A stretch of DNA of 64,000 bases, taken from the NCBI GenBank assembly GCA_963676395.1, contig OY781066.1, positions 736,001 to 800,000 of the forward strand, given 5' to 3'. This DNA comes from a bacterium (GTDB taxonomy: Bacteria > Fidelibacterota > Fidelibacteria > Fidelibacterales > Fidelibacteraceae). This document shows, piece by piece, positions 31,695-42,626 of this stretch. Under the pieces are notes generated by a model. It saw nothing but the letters and a program-made list of their open reading frames with translations, made no database searches and was not told the origin of the DNA. How positions within the stretch are numbered: the stretch's first letter is position 1; every line of letters starts with the position of its first letter. The position numbers were made by a program, and so were the translations under genes.

Positions 31695-32631
31695 GTCTAT
31701 GTTTAATATAAAGTTTTGGAAATATTTGCTTAATATACCCTTTAAAATTCTTGTAATAGTAAAATGATTTTTTATTTTGCTTATTTATATCCTCCCAAAA
31801 CTTAGCCCAATCTGTATATTGATTCCATCTTTCATAAATCGTTTTAAATTCAAAATCTTTGGTTAATTTCCATATGTGCTTTGCTTCTATAGCTTGTATA
31901 CCCATATATTTTGATGAGCAAGGATTTTGATTAAAATGCAGGGCATAAATTAACCAATTGTCCTTCTCAAATTTTGGGATATACTTTTTTGTTGTCGTAA
32001 GTAGTTGTTCACATTTATACTTAAAATCATCTTTTTCAGAATATATATTAAATTCAATTAATCCAATCAAACCAAATAAATGACCATTTAAAATTAATGA
32101 AGGTCTATCTGTAGCGCATTCTTCAATCCAAAGATCATTTTCCTCAAGTTGCGCCAAAGTTCCACCTTGTTCCACAGGAAGTAACATAAAATTTAAAAGA
32201 CCTTGGGCAAAGCCTAAATACTTTTTCTCTCCAGAATGATTAAATGCTCTGACAAATACTGATGCAGCCTGTCCTTGAGCCATACCCGAATACCATGGTG
32301 CAGATAATTTATACCACCTGTGGGGGAAATTATAAGGTAAGGCTAAGATATTTTCCCCTTGGGCAACAACATTGTTCTCTAGCCAGCTTACTTGTTTATA
32401 AAATTTCTCAAGTTTTTTTTCATCTATCTCATTCACATATTCATCATATAGGCATAGCGCATACTGTGAAACTGTAACGGGATTATGTTGCCATCCAATT
32501 TGAGTATCCAGAAACCGATAATCAACTTTAGGCACACCATTCTTAATTTTATACCTGATTCGAAAATCATTTGAGTTGTTAAAATCGGAAACGGACATAT
32601 ATTTCAATACCACTGTTATTCCTCCGTGCAA
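31681..32631 (-). CDS. D-glucuronyl C5-epimerase family protein
   Basis: NPVTVSQYAL, WYSGMAQGQAASVFVRA, PVEQGG, W.EE, ILNGHLFGLIGL. These match the C-terminal domain of heparan sulfate C5-epimerases. Confidence 0.82.
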   Translation of the reverse strand: MHGGITVVLKYMSVSDFNNSNDFRIRYKIKNGVPKVDYRFLDTQIGWQHNPVTVSQYALCLYDEYVNEIDEKKLEKFYKQVSWLENNVVAQGENILALPYNFPHRWYKLSAPWYSGMAQGQAASVFVRAFNHSGEKKYLGFAQGLLNFMLLPVEQGGTLAQLEENDLWIEECATDRPSLILNGHLFGLIGLIEFNIYSEKDDFKYKCEQLLTTTKKYIPKFEKDNWLIYALHFNQNPCSSKYMGIQAIEAKHIWKLTKDFEFKTIYERWNQYTDWAKFWEDINKQNKKSFYYYKNFKGYIKQIFPKLYIKHRLDHE

Positions 32632-33881
32632 TATCTTTTAAGATAATACCTATAAAATATAAAATTAATTATTCCATTTGTCCAAATTGAAGCTGTTGTC
32701 GCAATTGCAGCCCCTTTTAAACCCATTCGCGGTATTAAGGTTAAATTCAAAGTTACATTTACAATTAACAGAATAAAATTTGAATAACTGTTCCATTTTG
32801 ATTTACCTACGGCAGAAATTATATTTGCCAAAGGTATTCTAAATATATATGCACCAATAACCATAATAAAAAGAATTGATATGATAGGCTGAGATTCGAT
32901 ATAATCATGTCCAAATAATCTAACGATATATGCCCCAAAAACAAACCAAACAGTCAAGATAAGCAATAAAATCGGAATAATATTTCTGAGATATTTTTTA
33001 TAATAATCTACAAGAAATTTTCTGTCTGAAGCATGCTCGGCAATATGAACAAAGTCCGTAGTGAACAAAACCAGGGGTATAGAAAGTAAATTAACCGGAA
33101 TAATTGTTGCTACCTTATATAATGCCAATTGATTGCTGTCAGTCAATATATTGCCAACCATAATAACGTCTAACACCAACATTAATTGAGCTGCTATTAT
33201 TCCCACTCCCAACCATGCGCCATATTTCAGGTATTGTCCAATTGGAATCTTTTCATGCCTTTTAATACGAAGTTGATACTGTCTTTTATATAATAAATAA
33301 AGTATAACAGCAGCAATAAAAGGTATGAATACATAAGCAATAATATAACCTGACACATTAAAATAATAGGCCGCGATAGGACAAATTATCAGAGAAAGAA
33401 TTGCCTTTAACAACAAAGAAAAAGAATACAGTTTATTGTTCTTTTGCGCTCTAAAGTAAGATGATATCATTTGGAAAAGAAAAAATGTAATCATTAATGG
33501 CGAAAACATTCGCAAATATCTTCCTGCTTCAGGAATTTTTATCGTTATCCATTTTGAAGAAATGATTAATATAAAACATAAAACTAAAGAAAATAGCGAC
33601 CCCCATGTACTTAAGCTTAAAAATAAATTATTCTTTACCTGAAGGTCTCCCTCCAAACCACCAAAACGGACTAATGAATAATGCAAGCCCAGTCCAACAA
33701 CAGGAACAAATAAAGTAATAATGGAAAAAGCATAACTTATATTACCATAATCATTTGTAGTAAAAATCCTTATGATAATTAAACTAATAACAAAAGTAAT
33801 CACCTTTGTTAACATCGTAGAGAAAAACACATAATGTCCACCCCTGCTTAAAAATCCTTTCGATAAACTTTTATTCATCAA
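32616..33881 (-). CDS. wzx: Polysaccharide flippase
   Basis: About 12 TM helices, YGNISYA, LDVIMVG, LIPRMGLKGAAIAT. Confidence 0.85.
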   Translation of the reverse strand: MMNKSLSKGFLSRGGHYVFFSTMLTKVITFVISLIIIRIFTTNDYGNISYAFSIITLFVPVVGLGLHYSLVRFGGLEGDLQVKNNLFLSLSTWGSLFSLVLCFILIISSKWITIKIPEAGRYLRMFSPLMITFFLFQMISSYFRAQKNNKLYSFSLLLKAILSLIICPIAAYYFNVSGYIIAYVFIPFIAAVILYLLYKRQYQLRIKRHEKIPIGQYLKYGAWLGVGIIAAQLMLVLDVIMVGNILTDSNQLALYKVATIIPVNLLSIPLVLFTTDFVHIAEHASDRKFLVDYYKKYLRNIIPILLLILTVWFVFGAYIVRLFGHDYIESQPIISILFIMVIGAYIFRIPLANIISAVGKSKWNSYSNFILLIVNVTLNLTLIPRMGLKGAAIATTASIWTNGIINFIFYRYYLKRYCTEE

Positions 33882-34998
33882 TCAACAACTTCTTATAGTT
33901 TTCTATTAAACACTTTTCTTCATTTGCCCAATTGTATTTTTCTAGTATTGCTTTAAGGCCATTATTACCCATCTCGGTTCTTTTATCAGGATTTCTTTTT
34001 AAATATTTAATAGCACTTGCAATCTCTTCAGGGTTCTCTGGATTCACACAAATTCCACAATTGTTTTTCTCTATTATTTCTTTCCACAACGGGTAATTTG
34101 AAGCAATAACAGGTATAGCGGCACTCATATATTCAAACATCTTGTTTGGCTGTGCCTCCACATGATTTGGTTGAGGCAAAAAAGTAACAATACCGGCGAT
34201 AGAATTATTCATTATCTCATAAACAATTTCTCTATTAACATTACCATAGTATATGACTTTATCCCAAGATGGTATAGCACTAAATTTCTGTTCCAGTCCT
34301 TTATCGTTATACTTACCTGCCAACTGAAGTTTTACATCATCAATATATGCTAATGACTGAATTACTTGACTAACCCCTCTTATAGCAGATATACTGCCAA
34401 TATAACATACATTATCGTTATCTTTCTTATCCCTTTTCAATTTTGCAACTTCATTTAACAAAGGATAATTATTTATCACAATTGTGTTGGTATTTATTTT
34501 CTGCAGCTTATTCTTTATTGTTTGCGTAACCGTAATCAACATATCAAAACGTTTACAGGCAAACGCTTCATAATACGAAAATATTTTTGATATTATTTTT
34601 AGAGTAAAGCGACCAAGGTATGGTTTGCTGATAATTTGTTTTGTTACATCTTCATGAACGTCAAATATAACTTTTTTTCCCCTTCTTTTTAACTTTAAAC
34701 CAATAGGTATCAATTCAGGGTCATGGAAATGAAATATTTCAACGTCCATTGTTTTAGCTTTTTTATATACCTTGCGCGTAGATAGTAGTATTCTTTTTAA
34801 TCTATGATTTTCTTTTCCAACATCTATAATTGCATTATCTTTATCATTACCTTTTCCATCTGCAACAATAAAGGATACATTAAACCCTGCCTTCTTTAAC
34901 GAAGTAATCTCTTTAAAATAAATCCTTATATCCTGCCTTGGATGAGCAGAACTTAAATGACACACCTTAGTTTTTTTTACTAATTTCTCGATAGACAT
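33871..34998 (-). CDS. Glycosyltransferase family 4
   Basis: HFHDPEL, DVHED, PNKMFEYMSAAIPVIAS. Confidence 0.9.
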   Translation of the reverse strand: MSIEKLVKKTKVCHLSSAHPRQDIRIYFKEITSLKKAGFNVSFIVADGKGNDKDNAIIDVGKENHRLKRILLSTRKVYKKAKTMDVEIFHFHDPELIPIGLKLKRRGKKVIFDVHEDVTKQIISKPYLGRFTLKIISKIFSYYEAFACKRFDMLITVTQTIKNKLQKINTNTIVINNYPLLNEVAKLKRDKKDNDNVCYIGSISAIRGVSQVIQSLAYIDDVKLQLAGKYNDKGLEQKFSAIPSWDKVIYYGNVNREIVYEIMNNSIAGIVTFLPQPNHVEAQPNKMFEYMSAAIPVIASNYPLWKEIIEKNNCGICVNPENPEEIASAIKYLKRNPDKRTEMGNNGLKAILEKYNWANEEKCLIENYKKLLIDE

Positions 34999-36151
34999 TC
35001 AATATCCTGTCAATTATACTATTTCCACCATACTTGTTAGCTATTTCCTTTGAAATAGCTAGACTATTATATGTTTTAAATGTTTCTGACATTCTCAGTA
35101 TCGCCCGAGCAAGCGCTTGACTATCATTCACATTAACAAGAATTCCATTGCCTTGATTTACAATGTCTTCCGGACCACCTGATCGAGTTGATATCACGGG
35201 TTTCCCCAAAGAAAGTGCCTCAATTAATACGATTCCAAAACCCTCTCTAAGCGAAGGCAAAATAAAGAAATCACAATCTTTATAATAACTTAACAATACT
35301 TCACGAGGTTGCGCTTCAAGAAATTTCACACAAGTACTCAATCCAAGTTTTTCCTTAATATTTTCAAGCTTATTTTTAAAAGCATTATCAATATTATCTC
35401 CGATAACAACAAGTTCAAAATCCTTTATACCTGATTCTTTAAGAGCAGGCAACAAGACTTGAAGTCCTTTAGTTTCAGTATATGCACCCACCATTAATAT
35501 TTTATTCTTAACATTTTTTTTAAAGGTGTCAACTTTTATATTATTATCTGATTCTGTTAGGGTTATCACATTTGGTATCACAATAATTTTATTTTCAAAT
35601 TCTGGATATATTTTTATAATATCTTCCCTAATTCTCTTTCCTACAACAATAATTCTATCACTGAAATACAAATTTCTATATACTTTTTTCTTAAGTAATC
35701 GTTTATTGTAATTCCCATACCAATCACTACCGTGAATAGTTAGTACCACAAATTTATTGGGAAACTTCTTTTTAATTACAGGAATTACGCAAGCATCCGG
35801 ATAGACAAAATTTACATGTACAACATCAATATTTGACTCTATTAGTGGCAGTACAGATTTTAATAAATTTCTCCCAACACTTGAATAAAACAGTTTCTTG
35901 GGATAAGTAATATATTCCGGACGTGTAAGCGGATATTTACTATAGCTCTTAAAAGGTATCTGCTTATAATAATACCATACTTTTTTTAGATAAACAGGAA
36001 AAAACACTTTGGGTCGCGGAGCAATAACCTGAACATTCACCCGATCACTTAACAAGTCTGCAATATCCTTAACAAATATTCCTTTTACTTCCAATCCTTT
36101 AGCAGGAAATGAATGGGAAATAATAGCTATATTAAGTTTATTATTTGCCAT
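34967..36151 (-). CDS. Glycosyltransferase family 4
   Basis: TIHGSD, KG, EGFGIVLIEALSLGKPVIST (Ex7E motif). Confidence 0.9.
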   Translation of the reverse strand: MANNKLNIAIISHSFPAKGLEVKGIFVKDIADLLSDRVNVQVIAPRPKVFFPVYLKKVWYYYKQIPFKSYSKYPLTRPEYITYPKKLFYSSVGRNLLKSVLPLIESNIDVVHVNFVYPDACVIPVIKKKFPNKFVVLTIHGSDWYGNYNKRLLKKKVYRNLYFSDRIIVVGKRIREDIIKIYPEFENKIIVIPNVITLTESDNNIKVDTFKKNVKNKILMVGAYTETKGLQVLLPALKESGIKDFELVVIGDNIDNAFKNKLENIKEKLGLSTCVKFLEAQPREVLLSYYKDCDFFILPSLREGFGIVLIEALSLGKPVISTRSGGPEDIVNQGNGILVNVNDSQALARAILRMSETFKTYNSLAISKEIANKYGGNSIIDRILNVYREISKKN

Positions 36152-37397
36152 TTAATGCTAATCCACCTTTAACCATTAAATACTTTTCGGAAAAAAACAC
36201 AATAATTCCCCAATACATATACGTCGTAATTGCTTGAAAGGAAAATTCATAAAAAGACATTATAAATGTTAATACCAGCAGAGATACAATAAATATTTTT
36301 ACAAAAGAAAATTTTCGGAACAAATTTTCAATTGAATAGCGAGTAAACGCCCCCCATAAAATACAAATTACACTCAAGCCGATAATCCCAAAATCCTGAT
36401 AAGGAGATTTTGCAAACGTGAAAGTATTTAAGGCCATTGCCTCACCCTGACCAATATTATAAAAATTATTATACGCCCCAATTACAAGTCCCTTGTCCAT
36501 TAATCCCAAATTTGCAAACCATTTTACTAAAGATCTAAAACTTGCGACTCCAAATGAAAGCGGGGGATCATAATAAAGAAATTTATCAAATGCCGAGCTG
36601 GGTCCGGCCAAATAAGCATACATGCTTCGTGTTGCATAATATTCAACATCTAAAACATAAGTAGCTCTCCACCTTACGATAAACAAAAAAAATGAGACTA
36701 TAAAAACTATTGCAATAACACTGTACACCAATATTTTTTTTAAAAACTGTTTCTGCTCTTCTTTAGGTAAAAAATAACTATAATAAATAATACTTAAAAA
36801 CCACAATCCAAAGGACATGATCAAGCCAAAACGATTAAGATTCATAATACTATAGACAACAATAAGGATCAAAGGAATTAAGCCCGTAAACTTCCATTTT
36901 GAATTTTGGGCCATCATTACTCCCCCCAGTACAGCCAAAGGGAAGAGTATTGAGCAGAGATATGCACCTAATTTATACAACAAAGGAGATATGCCGTTTA
37001 TTTCCCCTTCCTGAATCATAACGATCGTAGCTCGAGCTAAATAGGGATTTTCAACATATAATCTAAAATTATTTGTTACACTTGCAATTTGCATTCCAAT
37101 AAGTATAATACCTAGCAAAACAAAAGCAGACAAGGTCAATATTAATTGACCTAACAATTGACTATCAATTATTATATTTCTTATATTTGTTGAATCTTTT
37201 GAAGTATTCAGATAAAAGGAACCAATAAAATAATAGCCCAGGACTATAGATAATAACCCAATCAAGAGGATTTTTAATGTGTCATTAGAAATAACCAGAA
37301 AATGATATGGATTATTTACATTCAAGTATAATACAATTGTCCATAGTATCGTTAAAAGAACAATTGGTGTGTGAATGTATAATTTATTCGAATTCAT
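36141..37397 (-). CDS. wzy: O-antigen/capsule polymerase
   Basis: About 11 TM helices with a large loop containing NTFT...YQDFGIIG. Cluster context. Confidence 0.75.
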   Translation of the reverse strand: MNSNKLYIHTPIVLLTILWTIVLYLNVNNPYHFLVISNDTLKILLIGLLSIVLGYYFIGSFYLNTSKDSTNIRNIIIDSQLLGQLILTLSAFVLLGIILIGMQIASVTNNFRLYVENPYLARATIVMIQEGEINGISPLLYKLGAYLCSILFPLAVLGGVMMAQNSKWKFTGLIPLILIVVYSIMNLNRFGLIMSFGLWFLSIIYYSYFLPKEEQKQFLKKILVYSVIAIVFIVSFFLFIVRWRATYVLDVEYYATRSMYAYLAGPSSAFDKFLYYDPPLSFGVASFRSLVKWFANLGLMDKGLVIGAYNNFYNIGQGEAMALNTFTFAKSPYQDFGIIGLSVICILWGAFTRYSIENLFRKFSFVKIFIVSLLVLTFIMSFYEFSFQAITTYMYWGIIVFFSEKYLMVKGGLALNGK

Positions 37398-37413
37398 GTG
37401 TCTTTATTTAGGC

Positions 37414-38496
37414 TCAAGTAAAGTATGTCTCTTTAATATTTGCGGCAATCAAACTTAAAATAGAACTAAGCATCAAGACAAGAATTAAATTACTTGCTCG
37501 CTGTGGCTTATACTTAACATCTGAAGGTATCGCTTCATCTAGTACGATCAGTTTAATTTCTTCCTTTTGATTTGATAATTTTGCCTGTTCATATTCAACG
37601 GCAAGAAATTGAACTATTTGCTCCTGAACCATAACATCGCGATATTTTCTTAAATACTCAATTCCTTGGTCTGATAATCTATCTACCGGAACATTTGAAA
37701 ATTCATTTGTGCTTTTATATTCATTAACTTTTTTTGTAAAATTTTCGATTTGCGAATTTAGTTCCTTAACTCTAGAATCATCAATCGAAGAAGAACTTAC
37801 AAGAATGTCTCTTTGTACTTCAATTTTCATACGTTGTACTTCTAATTCGGTTAATGCCTGATATGTATACCCGGTTTGAGTTTCCAAATCATAAATACCT
37901 GTTCTTTTCTGGAATGCCCCAAAATCCTCTTCAATTTTATATAACTTGCTGTATTGTTTATTATAAACATCTTCTACATAACTTTTGTAATTATTCTCAA
38001 ATTTTTTGATTATATTTTGCAATTCAAGGACATAGAAATTTGCCATATCTGATGCCATTTGAGCATCTTCCTTAAAAACAACAGTAATATTGATAGAACC
38101 GTCTTCATTATCCACAAAAGAAACATCCGTTCTTAATTTTTCATAGATCTTAACTTTTTTATCAATTTTCCATACTCTTGCTAGATCAAACTCATCAATC
38201 ACCTTGTCGGCAATAGTTCTACTACTTAAATATCTAATATATCTTTGTGTCTCTACATTCTGTCCAAAAATCCCCCCAGATAATCCAAAAGAATTTAAAG
38301 CTACAGAGTTAACATTTAATTGATTACCTTGCTCTTCGGAGATAACCACAGCTGTACTTCTATACCATTCCGGTAGTAATAAAAGAATTCCAACCGCTAT
38401 CACTGCAACTACAGCATTAACAATCACCAATTTCCAAAAATACTTCTGGATCAATTTGATAAGTTTGGGTAATTCTTTTCTATTGTGTTCAGACAT
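37414..38496 (-). CDS. Polysaccharide co-polymerase / chain-length determinant (Wzz/GumC-like)
   Basis: Two terminal TMs around a periplasmic coiled coil, VLDEAIP...KPQR. Start at ATG 38496 after AAAGGA. Confidence 0.8.
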   Translation of the reverse strand: MSEHNRKELPKLIKLIQKYFWKLVIVNAVVAVIAVGILLLLPEWYRSTAVVISEEQGNQLNVNSVALNSFGLSGGIFGQNVETQRYIRYLSSRTIADKVIDEFDLARVWKIDKKVKIYEKLRTDVSFVDNEDGSINITVVFKEDAQMASDMANFYVLELQNIIKKFENNYKSYVEDVYNKQYSKLYKIEEDFGAFQKRTGIYDLETQTGYTYQALTELEVQRMKIEVQRDILVSSSSIDDSRVKELNSQIENFTKKVNEYKSTNEFSNVPVDRLSDQGIEYLRKYRDVMVQEQIVQFLAVEYEQAKLSNQKEEIKLIVLDEAIPSDVKYKPQRASNLILVLMLSSILSLIAANIKETYFT

Positions 38497-38518
38497 ATAT
38501 TTTCCTTTAAATAAGCTA

Positions 38519-39703
38519 TTAAATGTTACCTGCAGCAATAAATGCAGTAATAACGGTTGATGCAATACTGGCGATCATTGAAACAAAAGATAAGATTGAT
38601 ATCTCACCTATCATAATATCTTCACCTGATCGTTTAACCAGTACAATATCTCCACGTCTGATTTGCAGATTATCAACTTTTCTTATTCTTTTTGAACCAC
38701 GAATGACCATGACTGAATTTGCTGACCCTTTATAGTTTACACCTCCGGCCATGGCAATATAATCATGCACTGTATGACCGGGGACAAAATCATATGTTCC
38801 CGGCCTATTTACATGGCCATTAACTTGTATTCTCTCTAAAACAGCAAACTCAAGAATATCTCCAGCCTGTAAAGTATAACTACCCATATCATTCACATTA
38901 ATAGTATGACTAAAACTTTTATCATCACGTTTTGTAATCGTAACTGCAGAATAATCTGAAGCATCTGATAGACGAATCTTTCGGTGATAAAACTCCAACA
39001 AAGTTTCTCCTTCAATCAATGGAACAAGGGATTTGGTTTTTACAGGACCATACACTTCTACACATTCTTTAGCAATATCAGCAAAAGGTATATAGATCGA
39101 TTCCCCTGCACTTAAATAAGGATTATTTTCCATATCACCAAACAAGTAATAATTGTAGATATTTACAGTCTTAACATCATTACCCTTTTTAATTTGAATA
39201 GCAAAATCTTTTCCTAAATGATGTAATCTTGTTTTTTTTAGATATTCATCCAATCTTGAGGTCGCGGGTAAGGTAATCATTCCTGGTGTTTCCACCGCTC
39301 CTGTAATTGGGATCTTGATTTTTTTCACATTATTTAGATCAATTTCAACCATAGCGTTTCTATTAACGCTTTTGCATAATTTGAATATAAGCTTTTTTGA
39401 CTCATTAAATGTCATTTCATCTAAAAGCACTTGACCAAAGCCGGGGATTGTCAGTTCTCCAGACATCCCAACTTGAAGAGTATAAGTCATAGGTTTAGAA
39501 CTTAAGATCTGGATTAAAAATACATCACCGGCCCCCACTATATAACTGTCAGGGTCTAAAGAACGATCAACAGGTGATATACTTGTTACCGTACTAATAA
39601 CATTTGTCTGATTTTGACCATTGTCTGTTTGCAAAAAGCTTTGGGCGTTAAGGCAGAAGGTAAATGTTAATAATACCACAATACTAAATTTTCTAAATCT
39701 CAT
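38519..39703 (-). CDS. SLBB-domain polysaccharide export protein (Wza/KpsD-like)
   Basis: YIVGAGD, ITGAVETPG, VNGHVNRPG...IAMAGG SLBB repeats, C-terminal amphipathic helix. Confidence 0.82.
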   Translation of the reverse strand: MRFRKFSIVVLLTFTFCLNAQSFLQTDNGQNQTNVISTVTSISPVDRSLDPDSYIVGAGDVFLIQILSSKPMTYTLQVGMSGELTIPGFGQVLLDEMTFNESKKLIFKLCKSVNRNAMVEIDLNNVKKIKIPITGAVETPGMITLPATSRLDEYLKKTRLHHLGKDFAIQIKKGNDVKTVNIYNYYLFGDMENNPYLSAGESIYIPFADIAKECVEVYGPVKTKSLVPLIEGETLLEFYHRKIRLSDASDYSAVTITKRDDKSFSHTINVNDMGSYTLQAGDILEFAVLERIQVNGHVNRPGTYDFVPGHTVHDYIAMAGGVNYKGSANSVMVIRGSKRIRKVDNLQIRRGDIVLVKRSGEDIMIGEISILSFVSMIASIASTVITAFIAAGNI

Positions 39704-39783
39704 TTCATCTCCATTGCAAAAGATTTAATAACCTCAAAATATAAGCTAATGTTAGGTTTTTTAAAAACATTTCTAAAGATTAG

Positions 39784-42561
39784 CTACTTACTTAATACCA
39801 TTTTACCGATTCCGGCAGATACTTGGTCTACTTCCAATCGATAAACATACACACCGGAGGGAATATTTGTTCCATCAAATGTAAGTTTGTGTGTACCGGC
39901 ATTCATATAACCAAAATCATAGACCTTTAGCATTTCACCTTTCATATTAAATACGGTCAATTTTGTATTGGCTGCTGCTTCAAGTGAATACTCAATAGTC
40001 GTTGTCGGATTAAACGGATTTGGATAATTTTTCATCAGTTGGTGACGTGTGGGAAGGGTCTCTTCAATACTAACTCCCGTATCATGTCCCATATATTTCA
40101 AGATTTCACCGGCCAGTGCTTCGCGCTTGGCGGCTGTGGTTATAACTTCAAAAGGAAAACCCATCGTTATTACCTGTCCCTCTTCACTACCTCCGGTAAA
40201 CATGCCGCTAAACGCAACGGCAGCATTCTTGCCATTAGCATATTTAAGAACACTTTGAGATCCGCCATTTGTGCTCAAAACATCAGGATAATCTTCGGGG
40301 TAAGTTCCTTCTTGTGATCCATCTTCGGAATAGTAAAAATCCAAGGGTTCAAAATGTGTACCGCTGGTACCTTTAACATGATAATTATCCGCGTCATCTT
40401 CTGAAAATTTTGCTTTCAAGAAGTCATATATAAATTCTTTATCGCTTGTGTTTCCTTTATTATCTAAATCCCAACCAATCTCAGAACCGGATACGAATAA
40501 TTTACCACCTTGCTGCAAATAAGCTTTTACCATGCTTTGTTCGGTGCTGTTAAATGTTTGATCCGAAGTACTTTCGTCTCCACAAATCCACCAAACCAGA
40601 TCGTAATCTTCAAGATCAATATCTGAGTAAATAACCGCTTCATTAGCACAGGCATTATATGTAACACTCCAATGATCCAATGCGGTTGCTATTTGACTTA
40701 CAAATTTATGCGTTGGTTGGGCATAGGATCCCATTCGATCAAAACCATCAACGATCAATACTTTATAATCATTCATCAGATCCATTGCTGAATAAACATC
40801 AGATATATTGTAATAATTTAGGTCTGTTGATACGTAGGCTCCAATTGCATAATCATAATGAACTGTTGGGGTTTGAGTTAATGTTGTATTCAAGGTGCCT
40901 TTAGGAACTGTGGCGATCACCGAGAATTCACTTTCGTTTTTTGTTTTTCTCAGGATCTTATATCCATCAAATTCTACCGTTTCATCAGCTTCCCATTCCA
41001 AGTAAACACTATCAACATTGCTTGTTAATACAGTCAAAGTAGGACGAGGTGCTATAGAGTTTTCAATACTGTTATATCGAACAGGCTTATATGAACCCAA
41101 ATCAGAGATATTCCATGTATAATATCTTGCGGCCCAGCCGGGATTCCCGCTGGCGGTTTCTTCAATTTGAACCAGTTTACCTTGTGCCGTCCATTCTACA
41201 ACCAAACGAATGTGCGAGCCGGCATTATTGGTGGCATCTGCCGGCAGAAGATCATTAAATGATGCAAGCTCTGTAGTTACCTGATGAAAACTTGAAGTTG
41301 TATATCTGGATGTGGTTTCCCAGCAAACACATACAAAACCGGAACAATCTGCACCAACACATCCCGACCAGTCAACCCCTGCTGAGGTATTTCGGTCTCC
41401 GGCCAACTTCCCGGCAGCCACACCGGCATCAAATTCGGCAACTGTATTCCATCCACCCCATTTATAAGGAACACGCTGATTTTGTCCAACCTTTATCCAT
41501 TCGGGAGTTGTCACGATTGATGTTGTGCCAATATTAGCTGCGGTAGCAGTCCAAACATGAGTTACATATTCATCTGCAATCTCCAATGCACCGGCTCTAT
41601 TAATAGATCTTGCCGTCGGTTTTGTCAAAGAATTTTCTTCTTCTATCTCAGGTTCACTCACCAGAAAATCATTAAAATGGTATTCTTCACTAAAAGCATC
41701 AGGATAAGAGGTATATGTATCTTTTTGACTATCGAGATCCCAACGAATAATATGAATACCATCTTTAGCGGAATGCATATGATAAAGTTCGCCGGTGGCA
41801 CCAATAAAAAATTCTTTAAAGACATAAGTGTATTTCTGCATCGGCAATGCCAGTGTATGTTCTAAATTCCCATCAGCATCGATCAATAACACATAGCGTT
41901 GAACTCGTAACGGTGAATGTTCTAAAATACTTTCGGCATACACGTAGTAGTCACCTTGAGCGCTTGTACCGATAAGATCAACCGAAGCGACTTCATCAAT
42001 TATGTATCGATGCTCATTTCCGGCAATCTCAAGGATCAAGTTATTCGGAAGCTCTCTTCTAACATTTATCGCTTTGATATTGCTCTTAGCCAAATAGTTT
42101 TGACTCAGTGCAATACTACCTTTAGGGCCGGAAATTCTTGAGTTTAAGCCTTCTTGCCTAAAACCGTTATACATGGCTTTATTATCACCTAAATGTGCTA
42201 TTCGTGTTTTAACGCCATTTTCAAGGCAGTAAACATCATTCTGTTTCATAAGATAGAGTTTTGAGCCATCAACATGAAAATCGATTACAAAAGGTTCTTC
42301 GATGGACCGTGAAGCAGATAATTTTTTCCCGGTATAGGTCTTGAGTTTTTTGTTTTCCGTATCAAGAATAAAGATATCATTATTTTCCACCTGAAAAGAG
42401 AGGGGTCCATTATGAAGACCGGGATAGCTTTCATGTTTAAGCTGATTCTCACCTTCTCCCCAAGGCACAAATAAAACTTCATTAAATTGCATTCCGGCAA
42501 ATAGAATTACCAGATTCAAGCAAAAGATCGTAATAGTTTTTAACACATTTTTCATTTTCAA
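39784..42561 (-). CDS. Secreted multidomain protein with an NlpC/P60-like domain, FN3 and a T9SS-A/FlgD-type C-terminal domain
   Basis: Signal peptide, PYKWGG...GADCSGFV...SHIRL (Cys-His dyad), FN3-like segment, NYPNPFNPTTTI...SGVYVYRL. Confidence 0.72.
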   Translation of the reverse strand: MKMKNVLKTITIFCLNLVILFAGMQFNEVLFVPWGEGENQLKHESYPGLHNGPLSFQVENNDIFILDTENKKLKTYTGKKLSASRSIEEPFVIDFHVDGSKLYLMKQNDVYCLENGVKTRIAHLGDNKAMYNGFRQEGLNSRISGPKGSIALSQNYLAKSNIKAINVRRELPNNLILEIAGNEHRYIIDEVASVDLIGTSAQGDYYVYAESILEHSPLRVQRYVLLIDADGNLEHTLALPMQKYTYVFKEFFIGATGELYHMHSAKDGIHIIRWDLDSQKDTYTSYPDAFSEEYHFNDFLVSEPEIEEENSLTKPTARSINRAGALEIADEYVTHVWTATAANIGTTSIVTTPEWIKVGQNQRVPYKWGGWNTVAEFDAGVAAGKLAGDRNTSAGVDWSGCVGADCSGFVCVCWETTSRYTTSSFHQVTTELASFNDLLPADATNNAGSHIRLVVEWTAQGKLVQIEETASGNPGWAARYYTWNISDLGSYKPVRYNSIENSIAPRPTLTVLTSNVDSVYLEWEADETVEFDGYKILRKTKNESEFSVIATVPKGTLNTTLTQTPTVHYDYAIGAYVSTDLNYYNISDVYSAMDLMNDYKVLIVDGFDRMGSYAQPTHKFVSQIATALDHWSVTYNACANEAVIYSDIDLEDYDLVWWICGDESTSDQTFNSTEQSMVKAYLQQGGKLFVSGSEIGWDLDNKGNTSDKEFIYDFLKAKFSEDDADNYHVKGTSGTHFEPLDFYYSEDGSQEGTYPEDYPDVLSTNGGSQSVLKYANGKNAAVAFSGMFTGGSEEGQVITMGFPFEVITTAAKREALAGEILKYMGHDTGVSIEETLPTRHQLMKNYPNPFNPTTTIEYSLEAAANTKLTVFNMKGEMLKVYDFGYMNAGTHKLTFDGTNIPSGVYVYRLEVDQVSAGIGKMVLSK

Positions 42562-42626
42562 TTCATTCCCACTTTAACTAATTTAGTTTTGCACGAGAAT
42601 ATACAATAAATTTTCTGAGGTAAAAC

